Shown piece after piece: positions 56,560 through 64,000 of a stretch of 64,000 bases of DNA. The translations under genes and the position numbers were made by a program. The notes under the pieces are model-generated. The model was not told the DNA's origin, did not search any database, and was given only the letters and a program-made list of their open reading frames with translations. The DNA is taken from positions 58,528,001 through 58,592,000 of the forward strand of contig OZ024746.1 in assembly GCA_964016885.1 (NCBI GenBank). The letters are read 5' to 3'. The DNA comes from Eledone cirrhosa. Lineage: Eukaryota. Numbering within the stretch: position 1 is the stretch's first letter; every line of letters starts with the position of its first letter.

Positions 56560-58297
56560 CATTCCTGTTGTACCTTCTTACTCACCACCACCACTCCCGT
56601 TGTACCTCCTTACATCACCACCACCACTCCCGTTCTACTTGCTTACATCCCCACCACCACTCCCGTTGTACCTTCTTACTCACCACCACCTCTCCCGTTC
56701 TACCTCCTTACATCACCACCACCACTCCCGTTGTACCTTCTTACATCACCCCCACCACTCCCGTTCTACCTCCTTACATCACCACCACCACTCCCGTTGT
56801 ACCTTCTTACATCACCCCACCACTCCCGTTCTACCTCCTTACATCACCACCACCACTCCCGTTGTACCTTCTTACATCACCCTCACCACTCCCGTTGTAC
56901 CTTCTTACATCACCCCCACCACTCCCGTTCTACCTCCTTACATCACCACCACCACTCCCGTTCTACCTCCTTACATCACCCTCACCACTCCCGTTGTACC
57001 TTCTTACATCACCCCCACCACTCCCGTTCTACCTCCTTAAATCACCCTCACCACTCCTGTTGTACCTTCTTACTCACCACCACCACTCCCGTTATACCTC
57101 CTTACATCACCCTCACCACTCCCGTTCTACCTCCTTACATCACCACCACCACTCCCGTTATACCTCCTTACATCACCACCACCACTCCCGTTATACCTCC
57201 TTACATCACCCCCACTACTCCCGTTGTACCTTCTTACATCCCCACCACCACTCCCGTTGTACCTCCTTACATCACCACCACCACTCCCGTTGTACCTCCT
57301 TACATCACCACCACCACTCCCGTTGTACCTTCTTACATCCCCACCACCACTCCCGTTGTACCTCCTTACATCACCACCACCACTCCCGTTGTACCTCCTT
57401 ACATCACCACCACCACTCCCGCTGTACCTCCTTACATCATCACCACCACTCCCGTTGTACCTCCTTACATCCCCACCACCACTCCCGTTCTACCTCCTTA
57501 CATCACCATCACCACTCCCGTTGTACCTCCTTACATCACCACCACCACTCCCGTTGTACCTCCTTACATCACCACCACCACTCCCGTTGTACCTTCTTAC
57601 ATCCCCACCACCACTCCCGTTGTACCTCCTTACATCACCACCACCACTCCCGTTGTACCTCCTTACATCACCACCACCACTCCCGTTGTACCTTCTTACA
57701 TCCCCACCACCACTCCCGTTGTACCTCCTTACATCACCACCACCACTCCCGTTGTACCTCCTTACATCACCACCACCACTCCCGTTGTACCTCCTTACAT
57801 CACCACCACCACTCCCGTTGTACCTCCTTACATCCCCACCACCACTCCCGTTCTACCTCCTTACATCACCACCACCACTCCCGTTGTATCTCCTTACATC
57901 ACCACCACCACTCCCGTTGTACCTCCTTACATCACCCCCACCACTCCCGTTCTACCTCCTTACATCACCACCACCACTCCCGTTGTACCTCCTTACATCA
58001 CCCTCACCACTCCCGTTGTACCTCCTTACATCACCACCACCACTCCCGTTATACCTCCTTACATCACCACCACCACTCCCGTTGTACCTCCTTACATCAC
58101 CACCACCACTCCCGTTGTACCTCCTTACATCCCCACCACCACTCCCGTTGTACCTCCTTACATCACCACCACCACTCCCGTTCTACCTCCTTACATCACC
58201 ACCACCACTCCCGTTATACCTCCTTACATCACCACCACCACTCCCGTTATACCTCCTTACATCACCACCACCACTCCCGTTCTACCTCCTTACATCA
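56560..58297. repeat. 33-bp minisatellite, about 52 copies
   Basis: Unit acatcaccaccaccactcccgttgtacctcctt; gives 11-aa repeats in all three + frames. Confidence 0.95.
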
Positions 58298-58609
58298 CAA
58301 TATATTTCTCCGCTCTCCCTCGCTTGTTATCCCATCAATCTGCTCATAGCTCACCCCCATCACTTTCCTCTCTTCCTTATATACCCACACCACCTCCTCC
58401 CTTCTTCTCCTCTCACTCCATACACCAACCCAACGCGTCGCCCTCTCCCAGAACTCAATCTACGCCCCGCCATATATAACGTAAGAAAACAAAAGAAAAA
58501 AGATAAAAAGAAAACTTACATCTTCTGAAACCATCAAATATATTACGTTATTTATGTTCACGAGAGCTAACTGTTGCTGTGGCAACCTATATCGTTATTT
58601 TATATTGAT

Positions 58610-59226
<617 letters not shown>

Positions 59227-59735
59227 AAGAACTTACATTATTTGAAAGAATTGGAAAGTGTTGAAAGTAAGAGGGCAGGTTTATAGGTTTATCCCACAGT
59301 ATTCTCTCTAACCTAACTACACTACAATATATAGTCAAAAGTTTTCAACACTAATATAGCAACGGCATTAATAACAGCCTTAATGTATTTAGACATTATG
59401 AAAATCACAGCAGACAGGGCCACATCTATATCAAAGCACATTAAAAATGCTTGTTGATTAGTTTATTATTATTGTCGTCGTTGTTGTTGTTGTTGTTGTT
59501 GTACTTGTTGTTGTTGTACCCGTTGTCGTTGTTGTTGTTATGTTAGTGTTGATATATGTTTATATTAAAGATGTATATGCCGGACCTGATGTAAATGTGA
59601 TGGTACATGTGTGTGTGTGTGTGCGAGTGTATGAAAGTTTATAATCATGGATAATTATATTATATGTAAATATTATATACATATAATAGTATAAACACAA
59701 ATAATATAATTTTGCATGATTATAAAAATAATCTC

Positions 59736-59781
<46 letters not shown>

Positions 59782-59782
59782 G

Positions 59783-59824
<42 letters not shown>

Positions 59825-59904
59825 TATGTGTGTATGTGTGTGTGTGTGTTATTGTGTCTGTGTGTATGGGATGAAATGAAATATTTTGCAGTTCTTTTTT
59901 CTCT

Positions 59905-60572
59905 GCTCATATCCCGCCAAAGTCAACTTTAACTTTCATGATTCCGAGATCGATTAAATGAAATACCAGTCAAATACTGGGGCCGATATAATGGACAATC
60001 CCTTCTACAGAATTGCTGGCCTTGTGCCAAAAGTAGAAAGCATGGATTGGCCGTATCGTTACAGGACCTGACACCATGCTGTGCAGCAGATAGTTACGTC
60101 CCTTTACGATCTGTGTTCAAATCCCGCCGAGGTTAACTTTGCCTTTCATCCTTACGGAATCGATAAAATAAAGTACCAGTAATGCACTGAGATAATTGCT
60201 GGCCTTGTGCCAAAACTAGAAACGATTGTTATTGGCAGTATTGTTAGAGCGTGGACAAATTGCCTTGCGGTATTCGCTCGAAGTTTTTAGGTTCTGAGTT
60301 GAAAACCGGCCAAGGTTAGTTATCCCTCTCATGCTTAAGGGGTTGATATAATACCAGTAACGCACTGGTGTTGCTTTAAACAGTCTTCCCCTCTCCAACA
60401 TGTGTTGGCCTTGTGACTAATCATTAGAGCTCTCGGACACCCTGCTTCATGGCATAGGCTTATGGCCCTTTACGTTCTTAGTTCAAATCCTGCCGAGAGG
60501 GACTTTGTCATTCATCCTTAATGGGTCGATACAACAAAGCACCAGTAATGTATTGTGTCGATTTAATCGATT
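59905..60572 (+). mobile_element. Four tandem SINE S1 copies or fragments
   Basis: Recurring cccgcc...aactttgcctttcat...taccagt...tggccttgtg. Confidence 0.8.
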
Positions 60573-61084
60573 GCTGTACTTTTCTTTACATCAGAAAACA
60601 TTACTGTTGATACTTTTACGTCCATTTTGATAAATCATTATGGTTTAAAACCTATTGCGCCGTTGAATCAAAGGAATCGAGATGAATAAAAGTGTGTGTA
60701 TTTATGTGTGCACATGTGTATGTGCACCCATTTCGCCAATAAGTATAGCAAATATGTTTAAGCCTTACATGAACGACAAAATTAAATGCCTATACGAGTT
60801 CCTAACTTTCACACGTCACTAAGTATTTTTACGCTTTTAATTTATAATACACAATGTTATGGTCTTTAATGTTTGGCTGTAATGAGTGGAGTACGTAAGA
60901 ATCAAAGACAAACCTTTTTGTTTATAAGTTAGTCCCAGTTCAAATCTCATCGACGTTGCTGAGCCTAGCTATTGCAATTATCACTGTGTTTATCATATAA
61001 ATCATTACTTTGGGGAGCTGCGTTGTATACGGTTTCTGTTTAATCATGCCATTTCAGCATTTCCTAAGGAATAAACAATGTTAT

Positions 61085-61310
61085 GTTATAAGAAATAAAT
61101 TGCAAAAATCATATATGCCTGATTTTGTATATATCAATATATACGTTACGAAACACACACTCAGAAATCATATAAACTAGCAGAAAGTAGAAGTGTGTTA
61201 TAAGAAATAAATTGCAAAAATCATATATGCATGATTTTGTATATATCAATATATACGTTACGAAACACACACTCAGAAATCATATAAACTAGCAGAAATG
61301 TAGAAGTGTG
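61085..61310. repeat. Two-copy tandem duplication of about 112 bp
   Basis: gttataagaaataaattgcaaaaatcatatatgc at 61085 and 61197. Confidence 0.9.
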
Positions 61311-62396
61311 TTTTAACATAATATCGTGGTCCCTCGTATATCTATGGATATATTTACCCTGTAGGGGTTGCCCAGTACTCCTCGAGACGCTGCCGTCTTT
61401 TGCTCTGGTGGTGGCTCGGTTATCCACCCCTCCCTTTATATTTTCTTTAAAATTGCAACATTAAAGGAATATATCCTTCTGAAAGAATCGCGAGCAATTC
61501 ATAATGTTATTTAAGCATCTGTAATGTTATTTATGTATATATTTAAAACATATTTGTTATGTTATTCTACTGTAAATTTATTTAACATGTGCCTATCTGA
61601 CACTCTCTGTATACTACACTTTCTAAATCTCCCTATGTGCGGATTTATCGTTAAGTTTTATTGCTTTTGCTAACATATTGTTATATTTATGAACGTAAAA
61701 TATGTTGAAAGAGTTTTGTTTTAATAAACATATATGTATAGCTTTGTATTGTATATTTGCTAACAGTTTCCATTAGATATATTTCATATATATTCAGATA
61801 CGTCTATATTTTGAATCACACGCTGTATGTACTATCGTCAATTATGGCACAATGAAGAAACAACAGTATTGATGTATAAACTATTAGTTACGTATAGCAT
61901 GGATTATAGAAGAAGGTCTAGGTCACACATCTTTCCACGTCATATACTTATGATTAACTGGGACATGTTGGGTTTTAGAGTGTGGTTCCCCGCCGTGCTG
62001 AAATATAGCATATTTGGGATATGTGAACCAGCGGGAACTACTTTTTCATTTCACTGCTTACGTATCATTATTTTTCTACATGATTACATCCGATTAAATA
62101 AGGGTTCGGTTAATATACCTACAGAGAGAATAAAAATCAGCAATAACATTCCAGTGGAATTTATAGATATAATGCCACCTCTATATCATGTAATTGTATA
62201 TAAGTATATATTGTATATGCATGAATATTACGTTAAATAGTTATACATACATACTACAATGGGATCAGGCTCTCCACCGTGTATGGCATAGCAGGGTACG
62301 ATATTTGGGCGCAAAGGTACCGATAATAACCAATACATTCAAATATAAGATAGTTATTTTATGTGTAGGTGAGTGTGTTTATGTAGGCGGCGCATA

Positions 62397-62716
62397 TGAA
62401 ATCTCGTGGCATTGTGGTTAGGGAATTTGGCTGACGGTCATAAGGTCGCGAGTTCGAATCGAGGCAGTGCACTGTGTCCTTGAACACAACACTTTATTTC
62501 ACGTCACTCAAGTTAACTCAGCTGGCAGAAATGAGTTGTACCTGTAATTCAATGGGTCAGCCTTGTCACATTCTGTGTCACGCCGAATCTCCCTGAGAAC
62601 TACGTTAAGGGTACGCGTGTTTATGGAGTGCTCAGCCACTTGCACGTTAATTTCACAAGCAGGCTGTTTCGTTGATCGGATAAACTGGAAGACTCCTTGT
62701 CGTAACCGACGGAGTT
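62397..62716 (+). mobile_element. tRNA-derived SINE (S2-like head, longer body)
   Basis: tggcattgtggttagg (A box), gagttcgaatc (B box), gtgtccttgaacacaacactttatttcacg shared with S2. Confidence 0.75.
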
Positions 62717-63113
62717 CCTTTCATTCAATGTGAATTCCGTAAGTTAGTTTGTTTAATTTTCCTTAAGATATATAGATAGATGTTTTAAGATATATAGATG
62801 GGTTTAGTGTTCCTCTATGCTTTTATACGTACGAACATAACAAAAAACTGATAGGATGATTCCATGCGTATAGCAGGCTGCATTTTGTACGGACCTTAGT
62901 TGAGTGAAACTCATGTGGCACAGAGCCAAGGGCTACAGCATTTATTTCTTCAATGTACATATATTTTAGGCCGAAGGGCTTCTAGAAATGACAACACAGG
63001 AAAAATAAAGCTAAAAAATAAATAAGAATCGCACCTTCAGATCGTGATAACTACCATTTGGTAAATCCGATAGATGAAGACAACCCATGCAGCATACCGT
63101 GTTAATCATCAGA

Positions 63114-63171
63114 TGCTTCTGATGACTGGCGTAAATTGATTCTTCCATCTGCCGGGAAATTTAATAAAGTA
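63114..63171 (+). ncRNA. Candidate solo type I hammerhead (family G)
   Basis: tgctt-CTGATGA-ctggc-(20 nt)-gccgg-GAAA-ttta-ATA-aagta; stems I and II are 5 bp each. Confidence 0.55.
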
Positions 63172-63654
63172 ACGTTTTGATGCTGTTTATGGACTGGAAA
63201 ATAATTGTTTTTCTTTTGCGCCGAACCAAGTTTTTGTATTTCTTTTAGTTTTGAGGGAAACTTGAGGTGCTATTCTGCCCTAAATATAGATATATGGAAA
63301 GGAATACATTTCACTATTTGAAATAAAGAAAGTCTAGCATCTAAAAAATGCGTGTAATATTTGTTCTTGTTCTTTCCGCTCTAGTTTCAAATTCTGTTGT
63401 AGACCACATTGCCTCTTATATTTTCTAGTTCGCTAAATAAAGTACAAACTCCAGGGATGTTGGACTGGATAAATTCTTAAAGTTCCGGACTAGAATCCTT
63501 GCATTGTCTGCCTCGGTTCTGTTGAATGTTTAGTTCAAATCCCGACTATTCCTCTCATCAAAACGAAAAGAGGAAAAAGGCTGGCACCCAAGTCAGAGGT
63601 TATACTAGTCCCATGGTCATTCGTGACCGAAGGGGGTCTGTACCCTTTATATAT

Positions 63655-64000
63655 ATGTGCGATTTGGAAGTTCTCGAACGGAGCATGTGCGTGACGTATA
63701 GAGAGCATGATCTTTCAGCATCGGTTAAGGTGGTGCGGACACCTGGTCCGGATGTCTGATGATCGTATTCCTCCAAAGCAAATTCCCTACGGAGGACTGT
63801 GAAAAGGAAGGCGACCACTACACAAACCAAAAATGCGGTTACCGGGATTGTGTCAGGAGCACCTTGGTTTGTGCTGGAATTTCATCTGACAAATGAGAGG
63901 AAATGGCTGAGGAACGTGTGAAGTGGAGACGTTTGATCAAGTCAGGTAGTGAACACTTTGAAACTCCTCGGAGAGAACGCCTGACACTGAAAAGGAAGGT
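63655..64000 (+). mobile_element. RTE/BovB-like LINE 3' coding fragment
   Basis: Manual translation IESMIFQHRLRWCGHLVRMSDDRIPPKQIPYG...EEMAEERVKWRRLIKSGSEHFE. Confidence 0.8.

Overview
AT-rich eukaryotic, repeat-dominated DNA with no recognisable host gene. The microsatellite load and SINE families suggest a coleoid cephalopod such as Octopus; this is inferred from recall, not from a search. Most ORFs in the track are microsatellite artefacts. The real coding remnants are retroelements. There are three truncated Penelope-like elements (PLEs) with a YRDD reverse transcriptase; two of them also keep a C-terminal Cys-rich GIY-YIG endonuclease (Hydra-clade-like). There is also a CR1-group LINE (PHD/CCCH ORF1, TAATG-coupled EN-RT ORF2), fragments of Tx1/L1, RTE and R4/Dong-like LINEs, many tRNA-derived SINEs and a pogo/Tigger-like MITE. 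The main hidden signal is RNA-level: by eye I find 16 type-I hammerhead ribozyme (HHR) motifs of about 7 sequence families, on both strands. Almost all lie in short, often fold-back cassettes inserted in (TA)n tracts. They include an apparently identical 466-bp tandem repeat with one minimal HHR per unit (retrozyme/circRNA-like) and a 2.8-kb non-coding palindrome whose HHR has a very long stem II. All structures were paired manually and none is shown to cleave.
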